Shown here piece after piece: positions 36,558 to 49,080 of a stretch of 64,000 nucleotides of DNA; position 1 is the first letter of the stretch; each line of letters begins with the position of its first letter. The stretch comes from Coniocarpon cinnabarinum (Eukaryota): the NCBI GenBank assembly GCA_051942205.1, contig JAVECO010000082.1, positions 1 through 64,000 on the forward strand. Reading direction: 5' to 3'. The notes under the pieces were generated by a model that saw only the letters and a list, made by a program, of their open reading frames with translations, ran no database searches and was not told the origin of the DNA. The translations under genes and the position numbers were made by a program.

Positions 36558-38456
36558 TCACAACTCTAGCTTCGACGACCGCTCAGTCTTTTTTGTTGAC
36601 GTCCTGGAGCGGCGGGCGTGTCGACGGCTTGGCTTCTCCATCCGCCCACCATCGGACCTGTATATCGCTCTTTTCGCAACGGGCGGGCTACCATCAGGTG
36701 CTCCAGTCGCCGTGTTGTACGTTGCATTTGCGGGTAGCACTTCGAATTGGACAGTACTGTTGCCCTCACGGAAGTCACTCGTCATGGGACCTGTCGTGAG
36801 TACATTTGCCAAAGCTTGCGTCCCAGTCGCCATGTCCTTTCCCGCTAGACTTCGCTCAAACATTTCTAGAGACAGCAGCGGCTGGTAGAACGGCACCTCA
36901 TGGCCAGAGAAATACACACGTGCAAAGGCGAAGTTGCCAGCTTGCCTAACTTGACCGTGGACAATGCCATCAGATGTCGTGATATTGACATAACCGGCTT
37001 TATCGTAGTTGGGGGCCTGCACCTCTGAAGCGACTACTTGACCGCCCAGCCAATTGCAGTTGTAGTCGGCGTCGCCCGCATACAAGGTCACGTAGATGCC
37101 CTGCTCGAGCAAGCTGCGGATATCTTCAATGGTCATGGATTCACGACTGTCATCGCCAGTGTTGCCGAATGCATTGCCTACGAGAGCTGACGATTCAGTA
37201 TAGTTGGTGTATGCGCCAATCGCGGCCTGTACGTCTGCACGATTGAGGTAATCGACGAAGAATCCATATGGAAAGGGGTCTGGACTAAGTTCGCGGATGT
37301 CGTACTCGTCTCGATTAGGAATATTATCCAATACAGATTCTATATTGTTAGCACAGAAAACGTCAGCCAGAGCGCAGACATCATTCCTGCCAGTAGTGGC
37401 GCAGGCGACTTCTTGGTCACGGCAGTTGCCAACGCCGTACAAGCTGTTGTACATTTGATTCGAAATGGACTCGTTGAAGGGATTGAAGTCATAAGTATTG
37501 CCAGGCGAGACTGTGAAGTTATAATACGCTTGGTACTGAATCAGCGGTTCATACCAGCCGTTGCCGATCATTACAGACTTCAGTGAGATATTCATTGCGC
37601 CCGGGATAGCAGCTGCGTTCTGCATCTCGAAGTACTCGTTGAAGACTGGGCCATAGTGACCACCATACGATTCAGTCGTAAAGTGACTGAGCACGAACAA
37701 TATTAGTTGACCGCAAAGGAAACTCGACAGCTGATACGATGTGACTTACAAGCCATTACGTGAGTACTGAGGGAATGCTCCCATGAAACCCTGTAGCGTC
37801 TTCCACATATCCGGCGCAGAGTTCTGCGTTAGGTTGGAGGTGAGTTGAGGATCAGGTACGTTCCACGTGCCACAAGTCTCGCTGTCAACCGCATAGTCTG
37901 GGCAGTTGTTGTCGGGAAGGGTGATGACATTCCCGTCATCGTCTGCATAACCAGGGACAGGAATGGAATACGAGAATCCTGTTGTGATTGGCTCATCGAT
38001 GAAGAGCATGTTGCTTGCATTGCTCCACTGGAATGAGCGGTCAGCTAGCCATTCTCGGAGGCAGACTCAGAACCACAAAGAGCGTACTGAGAATGGATTG
38101 TTGTAGACATTGCCATTGAAGTCAACTCCACACGGACCGAGTTCCTGAAACAGCCCGATCATAGAAGACGAGCCTGGACCACCATTGATCCACACAGTGA
38201 GTGGAGCTTCAGTCGCGTCCTTTTCCCTCGCTTCAAAAAACCACCAGAAAATGTGACGATTGTCCTCGACATCAGCGTAACCACTGTAGCTCTTGACATT
38301 GGGATCCTGTTCACAAATCCCGGCTGGTACCGTCTTGTACCTCACCTGAACGCCTGCGTTACCTTGAGCTGTTTGCAGGTCAGTCGGCGGTGTTACAAAC
38401 TGAGCTAGGCCCGAAGACAGCAGCAGGCTGGTGACTGTTATTTTTGAGGTTGCCAT
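36558..38456 (-). CDS. Secreted serine carboxypeptidase, family S10 (carboxypeptidase S1-like), 3 exons
   Basis: Signal peptide; motifs WINGGPGSSS, TESYGGHY, YAGDADYNCNW and SGHEVP (Ser-Asp-His triad). Confidence 0.95.
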
Positions 38457-39618
38457 CTTAGACTTAGGTCTGAACGACAGGACAACGGATAGTTCACTCG
38501 ACAAAGCTCGTCAGAGACGAGAACAACAGGGCGTCGACCCGTCTTATATCTCTCGCTCCGCACACAACATATGATATGACATATCTTGTTGCTAGCGACG
38601 CCATACTTGCAAGGAACGAGTCTAGTGGCAGCCAATAGAGGCAGGTCTAGGGTGACAGTGGTGAAGATAACGGGGGAACCACTGGATACGCTAGCTACTA
38701 CAAGGGCGCTATATCTGCATGATGTTGTCATTTATTGCTCCGTACTGGGCTACGAGTTCTGGCACAAGCTGCTTACACAGCGTGTTACTAGAGCAGGTCT
38801 GAAATTCATCCATGCGTATGAAGCAGGCGGCAGCATTGAACAAAACCCTTTGAGCTCATAGCAAAGGCCTCACCAGAGCAGACTTCTCCTAAGAGCTTCT
38901 GCCATGAGTCCAATTCAACGGAAGCCTGCCTCACTGCTGGCTGAGGGACATGGCAGCACTGATTTGCTCGTAATCAGTATCCTGGGTGCGCGTTCGACGG
39001 GCGAGTTGACTCATAGCTTTTGACGGAGGAACTGACTCCTTGCATCTGGCGCACTTTGGAGCTCGGCCACAATAGAGACACCCACCGTCGCAGCATTCGG
39101 TTGTCATCCGACGCATTCTACTGTGCTTGGGCATTCACGGCTACTAGTCGTGTGGGCCACAATCTTCACGAAAACTACCGTTTTGCGATGGCGCAAGGTA
39201 TGTCGATTGGCAGTAGAAGAACAAAAAGTGAGCACAAGAGCTTCACGTGATCAAAGACGTGGTCCGTGCGAGGGGTTTTGCTATCTTCTCAGCACTTGTC
39301 TCCTCTCTTCCTATATAAACCAACGGCCACCTATCAACGTCGACACCACCAACGGGTGGCCGCTCGTAACGTCTCCTTTGCGCATCTTTAACCTCTCGAA
39401 CGTGTCCACGTTCGAAAAGAGATTGAGTCGCGACACTTGGACCCATGTAGGGAGAGCGTGCTGCGCTTTGCTCGCCAGACCCTCCTCCGCCTCCGGCTCT
39501 TTTCACCCTCTCGTTGCGTTCGCATACTAGCGTTTTCGCTCTTTCGACACTTTTTGTCTCTTCACAAAGCGCGAAGACATCTCATCGTCCTGGTTGCGCG
39601 CCGTGGGCCTAAGCGAAA

Positions 39619-41314
39619 ATGTCAAACTCAGCAGTGGTCAGTAGGCCTTGTGCCCCACAGCAACTGCAACAACGACCGTCTGACTCTTTACACAGGGCAC
39701 ACTTTACAAGCGCATCATCGACCAAGTTGTGGAAGCGTCCCGAGCTGATTTTGAAGAGAATGGGGTGAACAATCGCATGGTCCAGACGTTCCAAGAGGTA
39801 GGCCTTTGACACTCCTCGCGTGATGACCTTGTTCCTGCATTTGCGAAGTTACCCAGTTACCAGAAAGATTGAAGAGCTGAGAAAACATAAGCAGCAAGTA
39901 GGCAAAGCCAAAATTGAAGAAAGAGTGTAAGCCGTTGCAAAATCAAAAATTTGGTGGAAACAGGCACAGCCGAGCAGAACGAGTGGGCAGGCGGCAGCGG
40001 GTTGATGAGGAGGGCAGAGGGAGCGGGGGCGCTTGCTCATTTTGACCCCCAATTTAAACTCAGCCACAGCGCTTCCGTGCTAGCGCCGATAAACCTGCTC
40101 GCACGTGACCATGCCAGGCCCGCCGGTGACATGGGCTCACGTGTCTATCATGACGCACAGATGCTAATGTTGCTATAGACCTGGCAAGACCATCTGTCCA
40201 AGCGGCACACTGCCCATTTTCCGTGGGAGCCGAACCCGACGCCAGCTGCTGAATCGTCCGAGCCCGCAACGTCGAACCGCACCAGTGCAACTCAAACTAA
40301 TCGCGGAGGTCATGCGGCATCTCCAACTGCTCAGAACAATGGCGTGGCAAACAATGTGCACATCAAGCAAGAGCCAAATCAGGGCAACGATCCTCCTCAG
40401 ATGAGCATGGCGCCAGCAACTGGTTTCACGAGTGCTGAGGACCGCGCTGCGCATCTCTCCCAGCAGTACCGCATGAATCAACAGGGTGGTCACAATCCGA
40501 TTGGTCTTCCGGGACAGCAGGGTATGGGTGGATATGGCGGCGGGCAGTATCCCAATCAGCACATGTATCCACAACAGCAGCGGATGCCTCAGCAGCAATG
40601 GGGCAATCAGCGTGACGTGAAGCCGTTTGCGCAAGGACAGCAGTCTCCTGAGTTGAAACAAGCATCTCCTCAAATCAAACAGGAGCAGCGTCCAGAAGGT
40701 TTCGGTATCAGCCAGACTGATGGTGCTGGAGACGAAGAAGAGGCAAGGGCGCAGTGGACTGCTGTTATGGCTCTCAATCGTGAAGCCAAAGCAGACCACG
40801 AGAAGATTCGTCGTGCTGATAGCGCGCTTAAGCGTCATGTTGCCGAACAGATGCGCAGTCTCGAAGGCGGCGGGCTCTTGGTGCCCCTGAATGAGCGATA
40901 CCCTGATCGCCAGCGCCAGACCAACGTTCGTCGCATGAAGCCGGCAGCTTCTCAGAGGTCAGAAGATCGTCTGGTCGGCGCTGCTGAAGTGGCACATTTT
41001 GATGCACCTGCACAACTCGACGGAGGCGACGATGATGACGAGGAGGACAAAGATGCCATCAACTCCGATCTGGACGATCCTGACGACGACGTCGACGAAG
41101 GCGTTGCAGGCGAGGAGTACGAGGGCGATACCATCATCTGCTTGTACGACAAGGTGCAGCGCGTCAAGAACAAGTGGAAGTGCACCCTCAAAGACGGTGT
41201 AGTCAACGCCGATGGCAAGGAGTGAGTGATGTGACTTCCTACTTTTACACCTTTACTAATATGCATATCTGTAGCTACGTCTTCCACAAAGCAAACGGCG
41301 AATTCGAATGGTAG
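39619..41314 (+). CDS. TOA1: TFIIA large subunit (alpha/beta), 4 exons
   Basis: N-terminal YKRIIDQVVEASRADFEE; QLDG motif; C-terminal AINSDLDD..CLYDKVQRVKNKWKCTLKDG..FHKANGEFEW. Confidence 0.95.
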
Positions 41315-41916
41315 TCAAGACTGAACACGTCTACTGACGACACGTACTTCACACGCGGACGATGATGCGGCATGAATCGGCAAATTGACGACTCTCCTTG
41401 AGCGTGCGAAGAATGCTTCTAGGCATGAACGCCTATGTAGCGTTAGGTACACCGTATGACTCGCGTCAGGCAGAGATGTCATGATTTTTCAGCAGTAAAT
41501 GAATGATACGATTTTGATTTTAGTTGCTCTGAGCTTTTGAGCGTCGTACTTCCGCTGTCGTATCGTTGATTTAGTACTTGCGTGTCTCTCCGTCATATGT
41601 TGTCACTGTCGTCAACCAGTACTGCAAGCTTGTTCCTGTCACTGAGAATGTAGGGTGCTGCGTGATGCCAGTGCAGCATTCTTATGAGACCGTGGCGCTA
41701 ACAAAGAATACGAAAACCTGCGACCGACACGAATACAGAGGTGGAAAGGTAAGACTAGGGTATATTCATAGACCAGCTATATCCAACCCATATTCATAAC
41801 TTCATCTAAATCATCGCTTTGTGTCACTTGCCCTCCATCTCACCAACGCTCTATCACGTATGCAAGAGCTCCCACATGCACAAACCAAACTCAATCTTCG
41901 ATCCAGGTATCGATAC

Positions 41917-44199
41917 TCAAACCCTCACACTCATCCCCATGAATCCATCTTGCCCATCCTCCCCCCTCAAAAGCCTGCGCGTCAATCCCACAACACCACC
42001 TTCACTACCTTCACTGACGCCATCACCACTGCCACGTCCAGTCGACTCAGCATTTGCCTCGTTCGCGCGACTACGTCCTTGTTGTGATCCCGGCCCAGCA
42101 CCCCGCACCACGGCTCGCTCATCTTCCAAGACGACGACGATTCCTTCTTCCATTCTGGCGCCGCCGAAGCCGGCGCTCAGTGGCCAGTCGCCTTCTGAGC
42201 GTTCTCGAGCTAATTGCGCATGGACTTGTTGATGAGGATGGTGGGAGTGGTGTTGGGGATGGGTTTGGATATCGGAATAAGCGGGAGGTGCTGAGGGAAC
42301 TGTTATATTAATTGAAGGTGGTGCAGCGGTTGCTGCGTCCTGTGTGGAGGCAGGTGCAGCCGTGGGCGTTCTTGGGGAATTGAGCCCGATGTAAATGGGG
42401 CTTGTTGCAGATGTAGTTGGATCAGGAGGTTGCTGCGATTGCCTTTGATCTACACGTTGAGTGTCTGTTTCTAGAGGATGGACGGCAGTAGCTAAGCGAG
42501 GTGAAGCTGCTGGTGCGACTGATGATGTATGTGGTGACGATGCTGGTGTGACACGGGCCCAGAAGAGGAGATTTGGGTCCGCGCGGACGGAGCAGCGCCA
42601 TTCACCGTAGCTGGGTGGTGCAGCAGGGGCAGTGACATCTTGTCGCCGAATATCAGAGTCTCTGCTATCGGCGATATCGACGCGTCTATCGTTATCATGC
42701 TCGTGTTCGCGTGGCTGCTCTCTCGACGTATCCGTTGCATCATCTTCCTGGTTTGCTCCTTGGACCACTTGCGGGGTCGTCGCGGTTTGACCAATACTAC
42801 GACGACCGGTATGCAACTCTCTTTGCGCCACCGGTGTCGCCGGGGAGATAACCGGCGTGGGCTGCGTCCTTTGACGCTCCAAGTGCGGAGAGGAATGAGG
42901 TCTCAAAGCCTGCGTCTGTTCACGATCAAAAGACGTCACAGTCCCACGGGGCGACACCACAACAGGCGCATGCGCGACGGCTGTCTTTCCCTCATGGAAC
43001 GGATCACTCGTAAGATGAACACGGATAGGCGTGCTGGGCGTATACAACGCATCATCATTCGGAAGGCGATCCGTCTCATCCTCATCACTGCTTTGGTCTT
43101 CCTCTTCAACATCTCGGGATTGCTCTGTACCCCAGTTCGGTCCGATCCTCATCGGCGCTGCTTCCATGTCGCGTGGAGCATGTCTTGCTCTTCTCCGCCG
43201 GCCGTGTTTGTGTATTTTGCGACTTCGCGACTGAGGCTGCAACCACACGGCTCGAATGAAGGCGTGGAGGAAGAGTATCGTCACGAAGATGATGCAGAGG
43301 ATGAATAGCACGTGAACCCCGATCGGCAATTTGGAATGGCCTTGTTCGCCGTTGAGAGTCAAAGCGAGAGCGAGGTAGGTAGAGATGAACGCAATGAGGA
43401 AAACGCCAAAGACTGTTGCTCGAATGAGACGATTCTGATGCTTGTGGAGATGTGCCGCTTTCGCAGATCGACGAGCATCGTGGCGATGACTACGATGATG
43501 CCGGTGGTGACGAGATGATTGATGCACGCGCCCCGTATGGCTTTGTTGATGCGGCAACAATGGTGCCGGACTTGATGTCTCATCAGGAGATGCAGGAGCG
43601 GCGCCGTAAGAGGTCACTGTAGGCTGTTTCCGTCGGACCCAAGCGTTACGCTGTCGTCGACGGGCCGAGTCAATGAGAACCGTCGCAAGTGCATGCTGCG
43701 ATGGATGGGGACAGATGAGCTTATCGAGCAATGATCTCCGCCGCGGTTCTGCGATTTCCGTCCTGGTTTCACTCCTGGGCAAAGATTCCACGTAGCTCTG
43801 GTGTGATGCTGCAGCATAAGGCGTTGTTTCGCCGAAGAGCACTGGTGTTTCCGTTGCTGTCGGTGGAGGAGGGACATTCGCAGGGTCTGGAGATGTAGCG
43901 CGAGGACGGACATGGAGCGGTGCAGGAGGAGTGATTGGTGGACTCGAGATCGAGATGGGCGGAAGCGTTGGTGGGCTAGTTGACATGATAGGAAGACCTT
44001 GGGCGTTGGGTAGACTGAAGAAGCCAACGATGCTCTGACGAAGGGTATGGAGTCGAGAGAATCGAGGAGTCGAAGGCGAGTCTAGCTGAGGTGGGTCGTC
44101 ATGCAATGCAGGCGGTAGTGGAGCATCTCCTGGTGCTGTCGCTGACTGTCCGTGAATGACGGGCTCGCCGTAGCGGGTGGAGGGAAGAATGGGCTCCAT
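41917..44199 (-). CDS. Hypothetical membrane protein with 2 central TM helices and long disordered flanks
   Basis: About 760-aa intronless ORF (start taken at MEPILP); two hydrophobic segments; PPSYGEWRCSVRADPNLLFW motif. Confidence 0.75.
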   Translation of the reverse strand: MEPILPSTRYGEPVIHGQSATAPGDAPLPPALHDDPPQLDSPSTPRFSRLHTLRQSIVGFFSLPNAQGLPIMSTSPPTLPPISISSPPITPPAPLHVRPRATSPDPANVPPPPTATETPVLFGETTPYAAASHQSYVESLPRSETRTEIAEPRRRSLLDKLICPHPSQHALATVLIDSARRRQRNAWVRRKQPTVTSYGAAPASPDETSSPAPLLPHQQSHTGRVHQSSRHHRHHRSHRHDARRSAKAAHLHKHQNRLIRATVFGVFLIAFISTYLALALTLNGEQGHSKLPIGVHVLFILCIIFVTILFLHAFIRAVWLQPQSRSRKIHKHGRRRRARHAPRDMEAAPMRIGPNWGTEQSRDVEEEDQSSDEDETDRLPNDDALYTPSTPIRVHLTSDPFHEGKTAVAHAPVVVSPRGTVTSFDREQTQALRPHSSPHLERQRTQPTPVISPATPVAQRELHTGRRSIGQTATTPQVVQGANQEDDATDTSREQPREHEHDNDRRVDIADSRDSDIRRQDVTAPAAPPSYGEWRCSVRADPNLLFWARVTPASSPHTSSVAPAASPRLATAVHPLETDTQRVDQRQSQQPPDPTTSATSPIYIGLNSPRTPTAAPASTQDAATAAPPSINITVPSAPPAYSDIQTHPQHHSHHPHQQVHAQLARERSEGDWPLSAGFGGARMEEGIVVVLEDERAVVRGAGPGSQQGRSRANEANAESTGRGSGDGVSEGSEGGVVGLTRRLLRGEDGQDGFMGMSVRV

Positions 44200-45022
44200 A
44201 CTCGTTGACAGCGACGTTGATTGTTGATGTGAACCTCGAAAACAGCAGAAATGACAGACAGCAGTAACTAGGCGTCGTAGACTAGACTGCACAAAAAGAG
44301 AGACAGGAAAGAGAAAGACACGCACAAATGTTTGCAGGCAGACGCGTCTGCATGTTTACTCTGTTGCAAACATTATGTCCCTTACTTAGTATTTGATTGA
44401 GAAGCGAGAACGCTTGCGAGAAAGTGAGCAACGTACGGGGGAGGAAGCCTTCCACCAAAGCTTGTCCATGCATTGGGGTGCCAAGTACCATTGTAGCGTC
44501 GTGTGATCGAAGTCACGGGCCTGCACTCGACAGGCCTTGCTTCGCTCCATGTCGTGTTGCAGATATTGTTTGAGAAGATTCTAGGGCCGCGTCCACAGCC
44601 ATGTCAAATAGATCTTGCAGTCTGTCTGACGTAGTTTGGGTCAGGTCTGAATGCGAGCGCTCTGGTCGCGTCGACAAATGGAGGGTGTTGTTGCACCTAA
44701 TTTCTGAAACGCACGGGGCGAAAAATGCACGCCAATCATTCGTCCGAGTATTTCGAGTATCCAAACTGCGTCACGAAACTGGTGAGACTCCCGTGTTTGT
44801 TTGTTTGGCAACAGAGCCTCGCGTTTGCGTGCAATGCTCTGAAGCTTGTGTCAGAAGTTGGTGCACATATGGCGGCTGACTCTTAGCAAGTCCCCATGGA
44901 GGTCCGCACGGCCTTACAACATGTAACTTCTTTCGGGCGCATTTCTCTTCAACTTGCACGGCCGATTCTCTTACGTGAAAGACACCGCTTTTGCTGATGC
45001 CTTGCCCATTGCATCCTCCAAC

Positions 45023-46372
45023 TCACTTGAGCTCGCCAAGCATAACGTTGCGATCTGTTGAGCCAGACAGCAAAACGGACGAGTCGGCAGGCGAGAAGCG
45101 CACATCATTGACAGCGCCCTTGTGCCCAGGCAACTTGTGAAGCAGTTTGCCAGTCCGAACATCCCAAACGACTGCAGTGCGGTCGCCGCTGCCTGCTGCA
45201 ATCCTCTTGCCTTCAGAGTCCCACACGGCTTTGTAAAGATTCTTCTCCATGTAAGTTGGCGCGCCATCATATGTTTGCACACTTCGGTCTTCAGGCGCGA
45301 AAGGACGAACGTCCCATGTTCGTACGGTTGAGTCATGAGAATTCGACAGAAGGTATTGCGAATCCGGAGAGGCCTTCAAGGACGCGACGAGATCCGTGTG
45401 CCCCGAGAGTGTGTACATGACATCCTTTTTTCGCACATCATAGACTTTGATGTCGGGCGATACGTCTCCCACGTAGATCTCGTTCCCTGCTTCTGGCATT
45501 GCTAAGGCAGTGATGGGCAAGTCTGTCTCAATAAAATCGACGGCCTCTTTCTGGTGCGGGTCCCATATCTGCCCTTCACATTAGCACTACGTAGCTTCGG
45601 GCATACCTCTTGCTTGCTTTGTCGAACAAAACTCACTCCAATGGTTCCGTCGTCGCTTCCACTAACCAGCATTTCCGCTCCTCGCTGTGTGATTTCAAGT
45701 GTATTGACCACATCTTCATGACCAACATGTCTCCGTATTCGCTGACCCGTTTGTGTATCCCAAATAGCTATCGTAGCGTCCGCTGATGCAGAGAAAAGGA
45801 TTCGAGGGTCTCGCGAGTATTGAAGATCGAGCACAGCGCCCTTGTGTCCGCGCAGTACGCCGTAGTTATTACAGTCGCCCCTGGCCCTCCACAGCACTGG
45901 TGCTATGTCAGCTTCAGGTTCACGACGGGAAAGCACCACTTGCACGTACTTATGGTTCGGTCGGCGGAGCCCGACGCGACATTGTCCCCAGTACGGTCGA
46001 AGCGCGTCGCATATACTTCACCCGTGTGGCCTTGCTCTTCTTGTTAGTAACGCTATGATTTTGGACAGCTTCGACGCTCATTTCCTCACCAGTGAGCTCC
46101 ATAACCGGCGCATTGAGTCCACTCGGTCGTTGCCCCTACAACAGCGCATTTTGTATCAGCGAGCCATCCCACCTTTTCCGCAACAATTTAGCACAACAGG
46201 CCTGACTTGCGCAAAACCCAGATGTTGGACATACTGATTGAACAAGGGCGCCACTCCGCTGCTCGCCGTTAACAAGTGCATTGCCATTGCTCAGATTGGC
46301 GTCTGATTTCTGCCTCTTCACCAGCTGCGAGGAACTGAACGAGTTTGATGCCGGCCTCTTTTCACCGGACAT
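45023..46372 (-). CDS. SNRNP40: U5 snRNP 40-kDa WD40 protein (SNRNP40/Spf38-like), 5 exons
   Basis: Motifs APVMELTGHTGEV, GHKGAVLDL, WDVRPFAP, KLPGHKGAVND and MLGEL. Confidence 0.9.
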
Positions 46373-46762
46373 TTTGCTGACTGAGGTCGTTGAGGAGCCT
46401 TCAGAGCAATGAGAATCAAAATATATGAAGAAATAGGAGTCTAGTTGGATCCAGAATTTGCTGCATCCTCAAACTGCAAAGCTATTGCTGGCATGGTCCG
46501 TGCGTTTTCACGCCTCCATCAGGTCGGTGGCACTTCTCACGTGAGCGGCTATTGTTTTCGAGCAGACAGATAGCAGAAGGTACAAGCGTCACAACGATTC
46601 ATACATCACGTCTCAAGTGGAGCATGCATCACTTCTGTCATCAATTGTGGACGCAAGAGGCATATTGAAGAGCATCTGCTTGTCCTCTTAGATTAGCGCT
46701 TGTAAGCACACCAGGGCACTTGACCCCAGAGGAACATCATCCAGACTGGCTCGAGAAAAGTC

Positions 46763-47569
46763 ATGAGTACAGCAAGCAAGTTGACCCGTGTGGGGGAGGA
46801 GTATGTGTTCTTTGCAAAACACATTACTTAATTGACGTCTGCTAACCCAGGCAAAGTATGTGGAAGTGAGATAGAACAGGCAGGCAGAAGCGATGTTCTC
46901 AGCTGACAACTTGGAGGACACGCATCGACAAGGTCAACGCAGAACTGGTGACCTTGACGTATGGCACAATCGTGGCGCAGCTATGTCGAGACTTTGACAA
47001 CAATTACGAAGAAGTGAACAAGCAACTAGACAAGATGGGCTATAACATCGGTCTGCGGTTGATTGAGGACTTTATGGCCAGATCAAACACCGGCAGATGC
47101 GGCAGTTTTCGGGAGACTGGCGAAGCCATCTCGAAAGTAGGTCCTCATGATTTCGCAAACGCGCACATCATCGCACTCATTCTAGCTGGAACAGGTCGGC
47201 TTCAAAGCATTCCTCAACATCACACCCACAGTCACCAACTGGAGCGCAGACGGCAATGCGTTCTCCCTGATCTTTGATGAAAACCCCCTAGCAGACTTTG
47301 TAGAGCTGCCATTTGACGGCAAGGCTCAAGAGGAGCTCTGGTACTCAAACATTCTTTGTGGAGTACTGCGCGGAGCACTCGAAATGGTAAGCTGTTGCTT
47401 CTACATCAGTTGAGTGACACTCATAAATAAGTCGCTAATACGGGGCCAGATTCAAGTTCAGATCGAAGCGCGGTTCGTGAGCGATGTGCTGCGCGGTCAG
47501 GACACGACTGAAATGCGAGTGTCACTCATCAGATACATTGAAGATGAGATGCCCCCAGAAGAGGATTGA
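46763..47569 (+). CDS. BET3: TRAPP complex core subunit Bet3, 5 exons including a microexon
   Basis: Motifs DKVNAELVTLTYGTIVAQL, MGYNIGLRLIEDF, ENPLADFVELP and LWYSNILCGVLRGALEM. Confidence 0.95.
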
Positions 47570-49080
47570 TCGAGCGTCAGCGATGTCAGCCTTGCAACGC
47601 TTGGCCACAATATTACCAAGCAATCGAGTGTCCTCGGCATTGTGCACATTGAAAATTTCACAGATGCACAATCCCGGACAGCATGAGATAGCCAGAGCGG
47701 AAGCGCAGCGATGCCTGCTGGAGTGGCCTATCTAGCGCTTCGGCGACCGAAGGCACGTCACTTCACGGTCAAGTTGCGAACGCCTAAGAGGAAACATCTT
47801 GGCGCTAGCCAATGGTCCTGACCGAGATCTGCACGTTTCAAATTTCAGGCCTGGGAAGCACGGCGCGCCATGAGGCTGACAGTGACACCCAGGACCAGAC
47901 CAGTCTCAGGACTGGCCGCGCGACAAGCTATTTGAGAAGATCTGGTTGAAGGTTGATGACAGGTGACATTCTGGTGAAGGGGAATGGCATTTTGCAAGGG
48001 GAACGCACGCGAGGGGGCGGAAACAGCTTGTAGACGTGTCCCGAGGGCTCGGAGCTCCGAGAGGCTTCTGCAGCTCTCACACCTCTGCGTGCAGTGATGC
48101 CCAGGTCCTGTCAAGGCGCCTCGGACAGGACGGTGCAGGGCCCGCCAGATCGTAGACATGACTTGGACGCCCCCGTGCGCACAAGACGCGCCAAACATGA
48201 GCCAGATAGCACGGGCGCCGGCGAGGTCGAGCCTCCGCGAGGGGTGCACGGAGGCAGAGATAAGGTGCGGGTGCGCGAGTGGGAGGCCAAGTAAGGTACT
48301 TCCGTCCAGCGGACACACCGCTCCCACTCCGTAGTGTGCACGTGGAAGTCCCTCACGCCAGATTTTCTGTGGCCAAGTCAAGTCCCCTGCCCCCGGACTT
48401 CTATCTTCCATTTGCTTCACTCGCGCTTCTCTTTCGTCCACCACTGCCGCCCTCTGCCCTGAGCGCGCAACTTTGAGGCCACTCCAAGACGACGCCACGC
48501 ACTCTCAGCGCAAGCGCGTCGCTGAAGGCATCGCTGGCCAGCTCCCTCCGGTGCAGCATTGAGAGCAGCGGGCAGGGTGCACGGACCAGCAGGACCGGTC
48601 AGTTTTAGTGAACAATCTCCTCAATCCAGCCGCGCTCCCGCTCCCTCCAGTCTCAGTCTCTGCTCCATACTCCATCCAGCCCAGACACTCGATCCTTTCC
48701 TGGCGATCATCTTCTCTTCTCCACTCCGCCCGACCACGCACTTCGACTCTCTGTCGCCCATCCCAGCGCCCGCCGGCTATGCACGCTGCGCTCTCGCGGG
48801 CTCGCTGCTGCTGTTGCTGACCTCGATTCACCTCTGTGTGACGAGCGCGCGCCGCCAAGCCTTTGAGGCTGGACTTGAAGGCGCACGCCCTTCACACGCC
48901 TATCCACCCAACCACCCTCGCTACCATCACCGGCCCCGATCCTTTCTGCAACGCCATCGCGTCTATCGCTCCTCGCCGTGAGCAGCTCCGTCCAGCGTCG
49001 TCGCGGCTGCCACCTCTCTCCAGGCTCGTCGCTGCCCTCGCCGATTCGCAGGTCTGGACGGCGCCCAGTTTGCCTCCACC

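Noticed and set aside
24640..38456. Secondary-metabolite cluster (ALDH, amidase, peptidase, methyltransferase)
   Set aside because: No backbone synthase; the enzymes are interspersed with housekeeping genes.
47600..49080. Long ORFs (up to 224 aa) upstream of and overlapping SOM1
   Set aside because: Non-ATG starts and low-information translations; best explained as GC-rich promoter/5' UTR.
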